From: Candidatus Hydrogenedentota bacterium
GTDB taxonomy: Bacteria; Hydrogenedentota; Hydrogenedentia; Hydrogenedentales; SLHB01
Direction: 5' to 3'
Assembly: GCA_963668025.2 (NCBI GenBank)
Contig: CAXXTH010000009.1
Location: 128,315 to 192,314, forward strand
DNA: 64,000 bases
Under the pieces are notes generated by a model. It saw only the letters and a program-made list of their open reading frames with translations. It was not told the origin of the DNA and did not search any database. Positions 50,544-61,344 of this stretch are shown one piece after another; the first letter of the stretch is position 1; the number at the start of each line of letters is the position of its first letter. The position numbers were made by a program, and so were the translations under genes.

Positions 50544-51956
50544 ATGCTGTTGAACAAGCGAGTTCTTTTGGCCCAGCCTATAGCACATGGAATTCCCCAG
50601 CTAACACCCGATATAGGCGTAGGCTTTCTGGCGGCGCGGCTCCGTTCGTATGGATACGAGGTGTCCGCTCTAGACTGCGTCCGGGAGAAAACGAACCTGG
50701 CGGAATTCACGCGCTTTGTGAAACAAGGCGGATTCGGAGTGGTTGGGCTCAAACTGTTCTCAACAGATATAGCCTCGGCGCGCGATATGCTCGAAGCCGT
50801 GAAGCAGGTTTCCCCTCACTCCGTGACGCTGTTAGGTGGGCCTCATCCTTCCGGCTCACCTGATGAAGTGCTGGAGCAAATCCCTTTCGCGGATTATGCC
50901 TTCCGGGGCGAGGCGGAGCTGGGCCTGCCAATATTGTTGGAGCAACTGGAACACGGCGATTGCCAGCGGGAGCAATTGGATGCGATCCCTGGATTGATTT
51001 TCAGAACTGGAGAAGGCATTCAAGCGAATGAAGCGGGCTATTTGGAAAATCTGGATGTCCTTGGCATTCCGGCATGGGATTTAATTGATCCGCGCTTATA
51101 TGAGAAGCATGAGAAGCTCTGGTCGTTTCAAAAACGCAAGACCGTGGCCCCGCTGCATGTCGTGAGGGGATGCCCGTATGCCTGCGGCTTTTGCGCCTGC
51201 CACACCATCACCAGCCGGATCGTGCGGTTTCGCGGATTGGACTTGGTCATGCGCGAACTCCGGCTTTTGTACGATGAATATGGCGTGCGCGAGTTTCAAT
51301 TGGTGGACGATTTCTTCTCGGCCAACCGCAAGTATGTGATGGAATTCTGCCAGGAACTCCAGCGCCAAAAGCTCGATGTGGCATGGTGCTGCCCGCATGG
51401 GCTGCGGCTGGATTCACTCGATGCCGAATTGCTGCACGTGATGCAAGACGCGGGCTGCTATGGCACATCCGTGGGCATTGAATCCGGCTCCCAGCGGGTG
51501 CTGGACTTCATCAACAAGCGGCTCACCAAAGACCTTGTCCGCCAGAAATTGGAGCTGATTAAAAACGAAACCAATTGGCTGGTCCAAGGCTCATTTATCT
51601 TGGGATTTCCAACCGAGACGCGGGAGGAAATGGAAGAAACGGTCGCATTCGCGGTTTCCCTGCCCCTCGACAGCATCATCATGACTTCGTTCCGGATTTA
51701 CAAAGGAACGCCCTTGTTCGACTATCTCGCCAGAACCACGGGCGAAACCGAATACTCGAAACGGGACGCCTACAAGATCGAATATGCCCCCGAAGGGATG
51801 ACCGTACCCGAGCTTAAGAAGATTATCCAGCATGCGTATTGGCGTTTCTACAGAAAACCCGAACGTATCGCCACGCTCCTGCGGTATCTCAACCGGCCGC
51901 GCCATATGCTGATGCTTGCGGGGAAAGTGCGCAGGCGCTTGCTGGGATTTTCGTGA
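50544..51956 (+). CDS. Cobalamin-binding radical SAM enzyme (paralog of 56813-58240)
   Basis: LGGPHPS, RGEAE, RGCPYACGFC, VDDFF, GIESGS. Confidence 0.92.
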   Translation: MLLNKRVLLAQPIAHGIPQLTPDIGVGFLAARLRSYGYEVSALDCVREKTNLAEFTRFVKQGGFGVVGLKLFSTDIASARDMLEAVKQVSPHSVTLLGGPHPSGSPDEVLEQIPFADYAFRGEAELGLPILLEQLEHGDCQREQLDAIPGLIFRTGEGIQANEAGYLENLDVLGIPAWDLIDPRLYEKHEKLWSFQKRKTVAPLHVVRGCPYACGFCACHTITSRIVRFRGLDLVMRELRLLYDEYGVREFQLVDDFFSANRKYVMEFCQELQRQKLDVAWCCPHGLRLDSLDAELLHVMQDAGCYGTSVGIESGSQRVLDFINKRLTKDLVRQKLELIKNETNWLVQGSFILGFPTETREEMEETVAFAVSLPLDSIIMTSFRIYKGTPLFDYLARTTGETEYSKRDAYKIEYAPEGMTVPELKKIIQHAYWRFYRKPERIATLLRYLNRPRHMLMLAGKVRRRLLGFS

Positions 51957-51966
51957 CGCAGGGCCA

Positions 51967-53109
51967 TCAACGGTTCAGCGCCAGCGCGCGCAGGCTGCGG
52001 GCGCACGCCTCCACGTGAACCACGTCCACGGTCTCATCAACCCACAGGTTCAAGATGCGCCTGCCGAAATCCTCCGCCGCCGGGCAGGCGTCCTCCGGCT
52101 GAAATAGGACATTCAGCGGCCAGAACAAATTGGATGCGTTGAAGCCTTCACGGCGGAGCGCTTCCGCCATTTTAACGGACAGGCCGCCGTCATCAAGCAG
52201 CAGCGAATAACGCCAGCACGCGCCGCTTTCGCGCCAGGTGTCAATTATGCGCCATGGCCCGCTTTCGAGTATGGAATGGTAACGCGCCGCTTTTTCCATG
52301 CGCCGTTCAAGATAGGTGTTTAGCATCGGCCACATCGCTGGAAGGCGTTCAGAAAAAATAAAGGGCTCCAGGTACAACGAATCGTATTGCGGCCGTAGGC
52401 GTGCGAATGTGGCAGGCAGATCGGTTTGGCCGACATTATGGTATTGAGCCAGCAAGGCCCGTTGAAGATCCCGGTAGCCAATAGCCAATTCCGCACGCCT
52501 GCAGGGATGCATCGCGGGCAAGGGCCGCGCTTCAATGGCTTCGAGCAAAGCGTCCAGGAGATATGGTGCGCGCGCAATGAGGAGCGCGCCGCCCGTGTCG
52601 AACATTTTACTCCTGCCAAAACTGTATAACACAAAATCCCCCGCGCGCCCTGCGGGGCCGCCATCGGACGCATGCGCACCTATGGCCTGGGCGGCGTCTT
52701 CGATCAGGAGCATGCCATGCGCCGCGCAATAGCGCTGGAATGTAGAAAGATCCGCGCAGCCGCCATAAAGATGGATGTATACGAATGCCTTCATCTGGTG
52801 GGAATGGCGTGTTTGAAGCGCATTCAATGCAGCGAAACCGGTCATGGGATCGATGTCGAGGAATCGTGGGGCCATGCCCGCGAGGCAGGCCATGTTTGCG
52901 ATACACGAGCAGGCGGTGGCGGGAATCAGGATTTCACCTTTTGAATGACCGCCCGCACCACGTTTGGATGCTTCGAATGCATAATACAGCGCCGTGGAGC
53001 CTCGTCCAAACCAAACCGCCGCATACCCATTGGTCTGCGCCAACAAATCGCATTCCATGTGGTGGAGTCCGGCTGGCGTGGGGGAGACACCCTGCATATC
53101 CACGATCAT
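51967..53109 (-). CDS. DegT/DnrJ/EryC1/StrS family PLP aminotransferase
   Basis: RGSTAL, HLYG, IEDAAQAIG, SFGRSK (PLP Lys). Confidence 0.85.
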   Translation of the reverse strand: MIVDMQGVSPTPAGLHHMECDLLAQTNGYAAVWFGRGSTALYYAFEASKRGAGGHSKGEILIPATACSCIANMACLAGMAPRFLDIDPMTGFAALNALQTRHSHQMKAFVYIHLYGGCADLSTFQRYCAAHGMLLIEDAAQAIGAHASDGGPAGRAGDFVLYSFGRSKMFDTGGALLIARAPYLLDALLEAIEARPLPAMHPCRRAELAIGYRDLQRALLAQYHNVGQTDLPATFARLRPQYDSLYLEPFIFSERLPAMWPMLNTYLERRMEKAARYHSILESGPWRIIDTWRESGACWRYSLLLDDGGLSVKMAEALRREGFNASNLFWPLNVLFQPEDACPAAEDFGRRILNLWVDETVDVVHVEACARSLRALALNR

Positions 53110-54062
53110 GTTGGAGCCCCTGGTTGTTCCCGCCAACGGGCCGCCGCACTGCGCAGGGTGCTCCATTCCCACGTTTCATTTTCGCGTTCAAACGATTCAA
53201 TCAAGCGGCGCATATTGTTGAAAACAGCATAAGGAGTATGGCTAATAAAGCCATCCGGTTTCATGGATGGCTCGATCTCCTCGGGATGCATCACGAGCAC
53301 CCATAAGCGCAGGCCTTCCGGCGCGCATGCCTGCTCGCGGCGCAAACGTTCCAGCGCTTCGAGGAATAGGGCTTCATGCACGGCTGGATTGATATACCGC
53401 GTAATGGGCTTATTATCCCATGGCGCTTGGATGGCCCAGGTGCTCATGGGCACTTCCAATAAAGAGCGGATGGAACCAGGACGCCGGATATCTTCGGGAG
53501 CCGGATGATAGGGCGTTGTGGGCGCGCCCATCCAATCCATGGGATGCCCGTCAGCGCCTTGCCTGCCGGGCACCGCCGAGGAATCACAGGTGATCCCAAA
53601 CGTTTCGATGGCGGCGAGGGTTTCCTTATGATGCCAGGCCTCCCCGTTTCGGAAAGACAAGGGCTTGAATGAAAACGCCGCCAGTTCCTCCCAGATGGCG
53701 TGCAATTCATCGCAGGCTTCGAGTGGCTCATCAATTAGCACAGCTTTTTTTGTCCGTGGCCGTACGCGATATAAATGGGGGTGCCATGCGATCTCCGAGC
53801 CCCGGTGCGCCTCGCGCCGCCAATCTTTACCGTATTCATGCAATAAATATGCAGAAGTTCCATACCAGTAGCGCAATTGCCCATCCGCTCGTACAAACCA
53901 AGTGATAGGCGCATAACGCCCTCCAATGGCTTGGCCAAGCTCTTCCGGTATTACAAAGGCCAGCTCGAGGCTGCGCCAGCTTCGCGCGTTTCTGTTTATG
54001 GTTTTACCGCAAGACCCATCGGGGTCCGTATCAATAGTCATGCAAACAAGGTGATGCGTCAT
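53106..54062 (-). CDS. Polysaccharide deacetylase-like protein
   Basis: TIDTD, TWFV, EIAWHPH, SFRNG, DSS, LEVP, VMHP. Confidence 0.75.
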   Translation of the reverse strand: MTHHLVCMTIDTDPDGSCGKTINRNARSWRSLELAFVIPEELGQAIGGRYAPITWFVRADGQLRYWYGTSAYLLHEYGKDWRREAHRGSEIAWHPHLYRVRPRTKKAVLIDEPLEACDELHAIWEELAAFSFKPLSFRNGEAWHHKETLAAIETFGITCDSSAVPGRQGADGHPMDWMGAPTTPYHPAPEDIRRPGSIRSLLEVPMSTWAIQAPWDNKPITRYINPAVHEALFLEALERLRREQACAPEGLRLWVLVMHPEEIEPSMKPDGFISHTPYAVFNNMRRLIESFERENETWEWSTLRSAAARWREQPGAPT

Positions 54063-54075
54063 GCCAGAATCCTTT

Positions 54076-54141
54076 TTCACCACAGAGACACAGAGAACGC
54101 GGAGTTTTGGATCTCTGTGCCCTCTGTGTCTCTGTGGTGAA
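54076..54141. repeat. Intergenic palindromic REP-like element
   Basis: 20-bp perfect inverted repeat TTCACCACAGAGACACAGAG (54076-54095) / CTCTGTGTCTCTGTGGTGAA (54122-54141). Confidence 0.85.
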
Positions 54142-54142
54142 T

Positions 54143-55666
54143 CTATACAAACCATTTCGCGAGTTTCCACTTGAGTTTCACTGACACAAAGTGAAGATAG
54201 TGCAACGCATACTCCCTGAGCTTATACGTCATGACAAACCGGCGTTTCGTTGTGAACAATCGGCGCACGCCTCCGCACAGCAAGATGAACACATGCGACG
54301 TTTTCGTCAGGGGCAGATGCACGTACCGGTTGTGGCGCAACAGAAAGGCGGAGAGGAACCGCGGCAGCACGCCCAGCAACACCACGAAATTCCGGACCTT
54401 GAGGAAGGCGTCTATGTCTTCCGGCTGCGTGACGGACAAGAGCCGTGATTGCCGGGCCTCCTCGAACCGGTTGATATCTTCATCATTGAGCATATTCTGC
54501 TCTTTGGCGATTTCAACGATCTCCGTACGCGGATAGTAACGCAACAACTGTACATGGGCCATGTCCACGGGATGCTCAAAATAGAACCGGGCCATCTCCT
54601 GGGCTTCCTGGATGCTCTGCCCGGGAAGCTGGAGGATGTTCTGCGTGCTCAGAAAGATGGAAGAGCCGCGCACGGCGTTGAAGGCCGATAAGATTTCTTC
54701 ATTCGTTTCGTAGCGATGCAAGAAGTGGGAGCGTGTCTCCTCGTTGGTGCTCTGTACGCCCAGGCTGATCTCGCGGCACCCTGCTTGTTCCAGCAGCGCC
54801 ACCGACCGTTTATTTGTCGTCCGTGGATGCGCCCAGGCGAAAAAGGGCAGGCCGATCTCCCGGGCATACCGTGGAGCGAATTCCTCAAGCCAATCGATGT
54901 CGTCGATCAGGTCGTCATCCCAGAAATTCACCCGGTCGAAGGAGTAGTTCGCCACCGCCTGCTTCAACTCCGCCATCACATTCCCGACGCTTCTCCGCCG
55001 GTGCCAGGAGCCTTTTCCCGAATAGATTTTTCTCATCAAGGGATTGCAGCAGAACGTGCAGGACATAGGGCATCCGCGCGATGCGACAATGTTGTAGCAG
55101 GAACTCTTGTACCCGCTCCCATTGCGCCAGAACAAGCCGGTGTCCGGGAAGGGCAGCGCGTCCAGCTCCTCGACCAGCGGGCGCGGCGGATTTATCAGCA
55201 GTTCCCCATTGCAGTGGCTGCCGGCGTTGGGGATACGGGCAGTCTCTTTTCCATGTTCTAGTGCATAAGCCAGTTCCGTGAACGCCTCTTCCCCTTCCCC
55301 CACGACGATATAGTCCACCTCGGGATGGGCCAAAACTCTTTCCGGAACGCTTGTCACGTGGACGCCGCCAAATACCGTGGTGGTGTTGCAGTGTTCCTTC
55401 AGCTTCCCCGCGACGCGCAACGCGGTGGCGAAGGTGTCTGTCATGACCGGGAAAGCGGCGATATCGAGGCGCGCGGAGGCCATCCGGGCGACAAGCAGGT
55501 CTTCCACGCTCAGCATGTGCGCAAGGCGCTTGCTGAGCACGAACGAATCATCCCCCAGCTTGGGATCAAAAAAGAGCAGCGTTTCATGCCCGGCTTGTTT
55601 TAGGCAGGCGGAGAGATACTCCACTCCCAACGATTCAAAGATTTGAACATAAAATCCGATGCGCAT
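54143..55666 (-). CDS. Cobalamin-binding radical SAM enzyme (paralog of 58307-59875)
   Basis: SLGVEYLSA, FGGVHVT, GEGE, SRGCPMSCTFC, WDDD. Confidence 0.92.
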   Translation of the reverse strand: MRIGFYVQIFESLGVEYLSACLKQAGHETLLFFDPKLGDDSFVLSKRLAHMLSVEDLLVARMASARLDIAAFPVMTDTFATALRVAGKLKEHCNTTTVFGGVHVTSVPERVLAHPEVDYIVVGEGEEAFTELAYALEHGKETARIPNAGSHCNGELLINPPRPLVEELDALPFPDTGLFWRNGSGYKSSCYNIVASRGCPMSCTFCCNPLMRKIYSGKGSWHRRRSVGNVMAELKQAVANYSFDRVNFWDDDLIDDIDWLEEFAPRYAREIGLPFFAWAHPRTTNKRSVALLEQAGCREISLGVQSTNEETRSHFLHRYETNEEILSAFNAVRGSSIFLSTQNILQLPGQSIQEAQEMARFYFEHPVDMAHVQLLRYYPRTEIVEIAKEQNMLNDEDINRFEEARQSRLLSVTQPEDIDAFLKVRNFVVLLGVLPRFLSAFLLRHNRYVHLPLTKTSHVFILLCGGVRRLFTTKRRFVMTYKLREYALHYLHFVSVKLKWKLAKWFV

Positions 55667-55687
55667 AAGCCTTCCCATGGGCCGTTA

Positions 55688-56805
55688 TTAGCCGGTGTAA
55701 TGAGCGAAGCAACAGCCTTGACAGCAGGCGAACAAGCCTGTTTTTAAGCGGCGGCGAAATTCCCGCATGCGTCCACCGTTCCAGATTTCCTTTATGCTTT
55801 GGTCGTGAATGTTTCCGGCCTGATAGGCGAAACAGGGATAGGCGTTTCCGTTCGCACCGATAATAAGCGAGGACCAGGCCGCCCGGCATTTATATTGCTT
55901 CATTTTATATCCGCCATTGTAGTAATCGAGCAGGTCGGCTAGAGGCATGTTTGGGAACCGTATCCCGATGCCGCACGCCTCGGCGGTTATCCGGCATTGC
56001 TCCAAGGATGTGCGCAAGATATCCGGCTGTATATGAGGATGGGGAAAATCATCCTGCGCAAACAGCCAAGGGGCCTTCTCGCCCAGGCGCTCCAGTTCAA
56101 AAGGCTCCACTTTACGTGCAAGGTTGATGGTGTTCGCCCCAGCCGCCGAAACCGCTCGCACCAGTTCGGAGATTTCTTGGATGTTTTGCTCACAAAGAAC
56201 GGCGGTGATGTGTATGTAGGGCCATTTCTTTCCTGATTCATTACGGAATGAAGCCAGCGCCTGGACCGCGCCCATGGACTTTTCAAAAGCGCCCGGCTGT
56301 CCCACGATTCGGTCGTGTGTATCTCGCAAGCCATGAAGCGAAACGCCGATGGCGAATAATCCATGCTCGAAGAGCGACCGGGGGGCCAGTTCAACACACC
56401 GCTTCGCGCGGGGCTCATCCATTTGCGTCGCGTTGGTGAGCAAATGGGTGCGACGCCGGGCGCTTCCGTACTCGATCAATTCCGGGAAATCCTCCCGTCG
56501 CCATGGTTCGCCGCCCGTGAAGGTCACCACGCTGAAAAGCCCGGTTTCGTCTATCAGGCGTTTCCATTCTAGATTGGTTAGCTCGCCTTCGCTTTGCTTG
56601 GCAGGAGGAACGCCGCGCAGCCAGTGGATATCCTGGCACAGGGAGCACCGCAGATTGCACTGGCGCGTCACCTGAAACAAGTAATGAAGTGGGGAAAAGC
56701 AAAGCCATTAGGCGAGAACCGGCGCGGCAGCGCGCCATGCAGAGCCGTGGCCATGCGATGTAAACGGGCAAGGTCAAGCCATTTGGTTTGTGTTTTCAAT
56801 TCCAT
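55688..56805 (-). CDS. Radical SAM protein with C-terminal SPASM/twitch domain; apparent 1-nt frameshift near 56691-56694
   Basis: CNLRCSLC, TGGEP, C..AW..I.ANG..YPC..GNI..IWNG..CCQGCC. ATG 56805 with AAGGA RBS joins the main frame if one extra C is added to the C4 run. Confidence 0.85.
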
Positions 56806-56812
56806 TCCTTGA

Positions 56813-58240
56813 TTAGCTTGCCAGTCTCAATCGTGCGACTCTGGCTAAGCGGGAGAGCTGCCAAAAGTGCCGTACATTCAGAAGCATGCGGAATATCCGC
56901 GAAGGCCGTGATAACAGGAATTTCCAATTTGCTTTTCTTAGTAGCGATGTGACCTCCTGTTTGGTCATGCCTATAGGGGCGTAATAGCGCACATGGATGT
57001 CCCCGCATTCGCGGGGCGGTGCTTCGCCATCTTCACGGGTTTTTAGTTCTTGCAGCACATAGTCGTGGAGCGGAGTGCCTCGAAGCGGCATGAATGTGAT
57101 CATCTGTATGGCGTCCAACGGCAATGAACAGGCGAAATTGATCGTTTCCTCGATATCTTCCCGTGTTTCCGTGGGCAATCCGATGATAAAGAATCCCACC
57201 AGCAACCATTTAGTTTCTTGCCGGACCATGCCGACATTGCGCCTAAGCGCTTCAATCGTGGTTCCTTTGTCGATAAAATCCAGGATGCGTTGCCGCCCTG
57301 ACTCGATTCCGACGCCCGCGCCGTAACAACCGGCGTCTTCCATGGCATGAAGCATCTCGGCGTCCAGCGAGTCCAGGCGCAGCCCCATCGGGCAAGCCCA
57401 GTTCATGTTCAACTTCTCCTGTTTTAATGCCGCGCAGAACCGCAGCATGTAGTCGCGGTCGTATGTGACCATATCGTCAATCAGATGAAACTCGCGTATG
57501 CCATATTCATCCGCGAGCAAATGCAGTTCTTTCATAACCATGCCTATGCTCCGCATGCGGACAGTTTGGCCTGTTAAAGGCCGGCCAGCGCAGAAACGGC
57601 AGGTGAATGGGCAGCCCCGAGTCAAATGGAGCGGTGCGGTAATCCGATTTCTCGCTATAGGCCACATCCCAAGGGAGTGAATGTAATGGTGCGGATTGAT
57701 TAGGTCCCATGCGGGAATGCCCAGCATATCCAGGTCGGCAACAGGCTGGGAGGGCCGGACACAAATGCCTCCATCAAGGCGGTACACCAGGCCGGGAATT
57801 TCCATGAACATTTCTTTGGGAGCATCCTCTTCCAGGCGCCGCAGCAGCATCGGCAAAGCGGTTTCCCCCTCGCCCTGGAGTGCATAATCGGCTTCGGGGA
57901 ATGTATCGAGCACATCATGGGGCGAACACGAGGGATGGGGGCCGCCAAGCACGACATGAGTTTGGGGATGGGCTTCTTTGAGAGCGCATATCATGCGCCG
58001 GGCCGATTCGAGGTCTAGAGAAAATATCTTGAAACCGGCCATGCCGAATTCATGCCGCTTGATATACGCCGCGAAATCCTCGATGCTCCATCCTTTGCAA
58101 ATGCAATCCAGGATTTCCACTTCGTAGCCATCACGTCGCAATGCAGTGGCCAGAAAGCCTAGGCCCAAATCTGGCGTCGCTTGCATGAGCTGGCCCTTGA
58201 GTACAGGCTGCACCAGCAAGACACGGCGATTGATAAGCAT
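56813..58240 (-). CDS. Cobalamin-binding radical SAM enzyme
   Basis: PDLGLGFLA, LGGPHPS, GEGE, TRGCPFTCRFC, IDD, GIESG. Confidence 0.92.
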   Translation of the reverse strand: MLINRRVLLVQPVLKGQLMQATPDLGLGFLATALRRDGYEVEILDCICKGWSIEDFAAYIKRHEFGMAGFKIFSLDLESARRMICALKEAHPQTHVVLGGPHPSCSPHDVLDTFPEADYALQGEGETALPMLLRRLEEDAPKEMFMEIPGLVYRLDGGICVRPSQPVADLDMLGIPAWDLINPHHYIHSLGMWPIARNRITAPLHLTRGCPFTCRFCAGRPLTGQTVRMRSIGMVMKELHLLADEYGIREFHLIDDMVTYDRDYMLRFCAALKQEKLNMNWACPMGLRLDSLDAEMLHAMEDAGCYGAGVGIESGRQRILDFIDKGTTIEALRRNVGMVRQETKWLLVGFFIIGLPTETREDIEETINFACSLPLDAIQMITFMPLRGTPLHDYVLQELKTREDGEAPPRECGDIHVRYYAPIGMTKQEVTSLLRKANWKFLLSRPSRIFRMLLNVRHFWQLSRLARVARLRLAS

Positions 58241-58306
58241 CTTTCGACCTCTCCTTTCAAGTTCAGCCCGCGATTCAGCGAAGCTCCATTTTTACGTATG
58301 CGGCCC

Positions 58307-59875
58307 TTACTTGCCTGATACGCCGTTCTTCAATCCATCCGCCGGGAACGCCCGCCGCTCCATCATCCACCGGGATCGCCATATCACGCCAAGTATGGCG
58401 AAGCGCAGCCAATGGCAGGCATATTCGGATAGTTTAAAGCCGCAAGGCATGTGCCTTTTCTTGCTGAACAAACGTCTTTGCAATCCGCACAATACGGTGA
58501 GCAATGTGGATGTTTTTGACATGGGCAAATATTTATAACGGGCATTGCGCAGCAGAAATAATAGGGCGGACCGGGGCAGAAGGCTCGTCAATAGGATAAG
58601 CGTGCGAACCTTCATCAAGTCTGTCTGGTCGCCGCTGTGCATCACCGAATTGCTGCGTCCGCTCATGGCCGTTTCCATGCATGCTTTGCTGTATTCCGCG
58701 CCGCTTTCCTCCTGAAGCATCTTCACGATGCGCGTGCGGGGATATGCCCTGAAAATGAAGGCATACGGCAAATCCACTGGATTATCCGCATAAAACCGGG
58801 CAAGATCGAGCGCTTCATCCAGTGTTTGTCCTGGCAGTTGCAAGATATTGTCCGTGCTCACAAACATATTCGTCCCGCGTGCGGCATCCAAAATATCCTT
58901 GATCTCCGCATTCGTGTCGCGCCGGCGCAGATACCGCCGCCGGGTGGTTTCATGGACGGTTTGCACACCAATATTGATCTCGCCGCATCCCGCTTTTTCC
59001 AGGAGCGCGACGGTGCTCTTGTCCGCAAGTTTGGGATTCACCCATGCGAAGAATGGAATGCCGACCGCCTTGGGATATTTATCCGCGAATTCCTCCAGCC
59101 ATGCGGCGTCTCCTACGAAGTTATCATCCCAGAATTGCACCCGGTTGAATGAGAACCGGCTCTTCGCGGCCACGAGTTCCGTGATGGCGTTGTCCACGCT
59201 CCTGCGCCTAAGCCAATGCCCTTTTCCCCTATACAAGGGGCGCAAGTAGGAATTGCAGCAATACGTGCAGGAGAAAGCGCAGCCCCGTGAAGTCATGATG
59301 GTGTAGCGGTTGGTATGGAGCGCGGTGGGACAATCCCAGAACAAGGCCTTATCCGGAAACGGCAGCGTATCCAGGTCTTCCACCAAATGCCGGACCGGAT
59401 TGATGGCCAGGTTCCCATTCTGTCGAAAGCACAGATTCTCGATACTGGCGGCAGGCCTGCGCTCTTGAAGCGCATCGGCCAAATCCACCAGCGCCTGTTC
59501 GCCTTCGCCCATGATGGCATAATCGATCTCTTGGTGTTCCATGACGCGCTCGGGGGCCGATGTCGCGTGGATGCCTCCAAATACCGTGGGGATGCCCGAT
59601 ATGCGTTTCAGTTTCGCGGCCACGCGGAGCGCGCGGGCAAATGTATCGGTCGTCACGGTGAACGCCGCCAGCTCGATGCCGCTCGACGCCATTCGTTCCA
59701 CAAGCAGATCTTCAATCGAAAGCAGCCGCGATAGCCATTGTTTTTCCGCGATAATGTCATCGCAAAGGGCGGGATCATAAAAAAGCTCCGTTTCATGCCC
59801 CGCTTGTTTCAAGCTGGCAGAAAGGTATTCCACCCCGAGGCTCTCGAATACTTGGACATAAAATCCGATGCGCAT
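58307..59875 (-). CDS. Cobalamin-binding radical SAM enzyme
   Basis: MRIGFYVQVFESLGVEYLSA, FGGIHAT, GEGE, SRGCAFSCTYC, WDDNF. Confidence 0.92.
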   Translation of the reverse strand: MRIGFYVQVFESLGVEYLSASLKQAGHETELFYDPALCDDIIAEKQWLSRLLSIEDLLVERMASSGIELAAFTVTTDTFARALRVAAKLKRISGIPTVFGGIHATSAPERVMEHQEIDYAIMGEGEQALVDLADALQERRPAASIENLCFRQNGNLAINPVRHLVEDLDTLPFPDKALFWDCPTALHTNRYTIMTSRGCAFSCTYCCNSYLRPLYRGKGHWLRRRSVDNAITELVAAKSRFSFNRVQFWDDNFVGDAAWLEEFADKYPKAVGIPFFAWVNPKLADKSTVALLEKAGCGEINIGVQTVHETTRRRYLRRRDTNAEIKDILDAARGTNMFVSTDNILQLPGQTLDEALDLARFYADNPVDLPYAFIFRAYPRTRIVKMLQEESGAEYSKACMETAMSGRSNSVMHSGDQTDLMKVRTLILLTSLLPRSALLFLLRNARYKYLPMSKTSTLLTVLCGLQRRLFSKKRHMPCGFKLSEYACHWLRFAILGVIWRSRWMMERRAFPADGLKNGVSGK

Positions 59876-59883
59876 GATGCCTC

Positions 59884-61329
59884 TCAGCTCTTTTGAATCA
59901 TTCGGACAAATAGGCGCATATATTTCCATATCTCCCGCCAAAACGAGCGGTAAGGCCACAGCTTCACTTTGAAGCAGTATCCATAGAACAAGTAGTAGAT
60001 TATCAAGTACAGTTTGTTCTGAGGAAGCTCGCAAAGCGCGCCGCCTATTCGCTTTAGAGCGGGGAACTTCACAATCAGGCCATAAAGTTTGTGCAGATTC
60101 TCTATGCGCCGTTTTTCTTGTTCGGAACCGAAATCGAGCAGAGAGGACCGTTTATTCGTTTCCAGCAAGGAGGCGTTTTTCGGCAGAAATCCGTGCTCCC
60201 GCACATAATCACCCACTTCCGTGCCAGGATAAGGATATAGGAGCGAAGCCCATGCGAAAGTCGGGCGGATCTCGATATTAAGTTCGAGCGTTTTTAAGTC
60301 GGTTTTGTAAGGTTCTTTTACCGGAAGCCCCAGCAGGCTAAAGGTCATGAGCTTCACCTGGTGCCGGTGCAATATTTTCGCCGCTCCCAACAGCTCGTCA
60401 TTGGAGATATTCCGGTTCAAGATGCTGTTTGCAATTTTTTCATCCGCGCACTCGACGCCCATGCCGCACATATCCAAACCTGCGCCCTTCAACTGGGCGA
60501 TAAGGTCTTCGGTGACTAAATTCGCCCGGGCGCAGCAGCCAAAAGGCAAGCCAATGCGTTTTTTGTACTCGTTGCAAAACTGGCCAACCCAGCCTGGTGG
60601 GCGAATCATGAATGTGTCATCTAGAATGGCCACCCAGTCAAGAAAATACTTCTCCCGAACCGCTTGAACCTCGGCCACTAAACGTTCGGGCGAATGATGC
60701 CTTAATACAGGGCCATTTCCGCGAAACATGCGGTTATATTTGTTATTGAAACAATAGGTACACATATAAGGACAGCCACGTCCCGCCAGGAAACTCTTCC
60801 TCCCTTCGCCTCTTATGCCGGGATCGGCCTCATACATCAGCTCCCGGTCCGGGAATGGGAGTGCATCGAGATCCTCGATAAGCGGCAGCAGCGGATTCCG
60901 GTGAATATCTCCATTCTTGCGCACAATGAAATTTGGCGTCTCCCAGTATGCCTCTCCATGCTCCAGCCGGTTGCAGAACTCCGGGAACGCATAATCGCCC
61001 TCGCCGATGCATAGCGCATCGCATCCGTCTTCATGGATCAAGTCTTGGTAAAAGGTGGGGTGGGGCCCGCCGAACACGGCGTGGAATGGGTATTGCTCCT
61101 TCAAACGCCGGTTCAAGTTCATGAGAGCGGCGTATTCGCCGGTCATCATGCTATAGGCAACCACACTCGGCGCGAAATCCCGCATGCATTGGTGAAGTTG
61201 TTTTTCACCGGCCTCTTGTACAATGATGTACTTCACTTCATGGCCATGCTGTTTGAGCGCCGCGCTGAGGCACATGACACCGATCCGGTCATGCACCACG
61301 GATTCCATCTGCAAAAAAAGGATACGCAT
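59884..61329 (-). CDS. Cobalamin-binding radical SAM enzyme
   Basis: IGVMCLSA, FGGPHPT, GEGD, GRGCPYMCTYC, LDDTF. Confidence 0.92.
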   Translation of the reverse strand: MRILFLQMESVVHDRIGVMCLSAALKQHGHEVKYIIVQEAGEKQLHQCMRDFAPSVVAYSMMTGEYAALMNLNRRLKEQYPFHAVFGGPHPTFYQDLIHEDGCDALCIGEGDYAFPEFCNRLEHGEAYWETPNFIVRKNGDIHRNPLLPLIEDLDALPFPDRELMYEADPGIRGEGRKSFLAGRGCPYMCTYCFNNKYNRMFRGNGPVLRHHSPERLVAEVQAVREKYFLDWVAILDDTFMIRPPGWVGQFCNEYKKRIGLPFGCCARANLVTEDLIAQLKGAGLDMCGMGVECADEKIANSILNRNISNDELLGAAKILHRHQVKLMTFSLLGLPVKEPYKTDLKTLELNIEIRPTFAWASLLYPYPGTEVGDYVREHGFLPKNASLLETNKRSSLLDFGSEQEKRRIENLHKLYGLIVKFPALKRIGGALCELPQNKLYLIIYYLFYGYCFKVKLWPYRSFWREIWKYMRLFVRMIQKS

Positions 61330-61344
61330 GTTCGAACTATCCTC

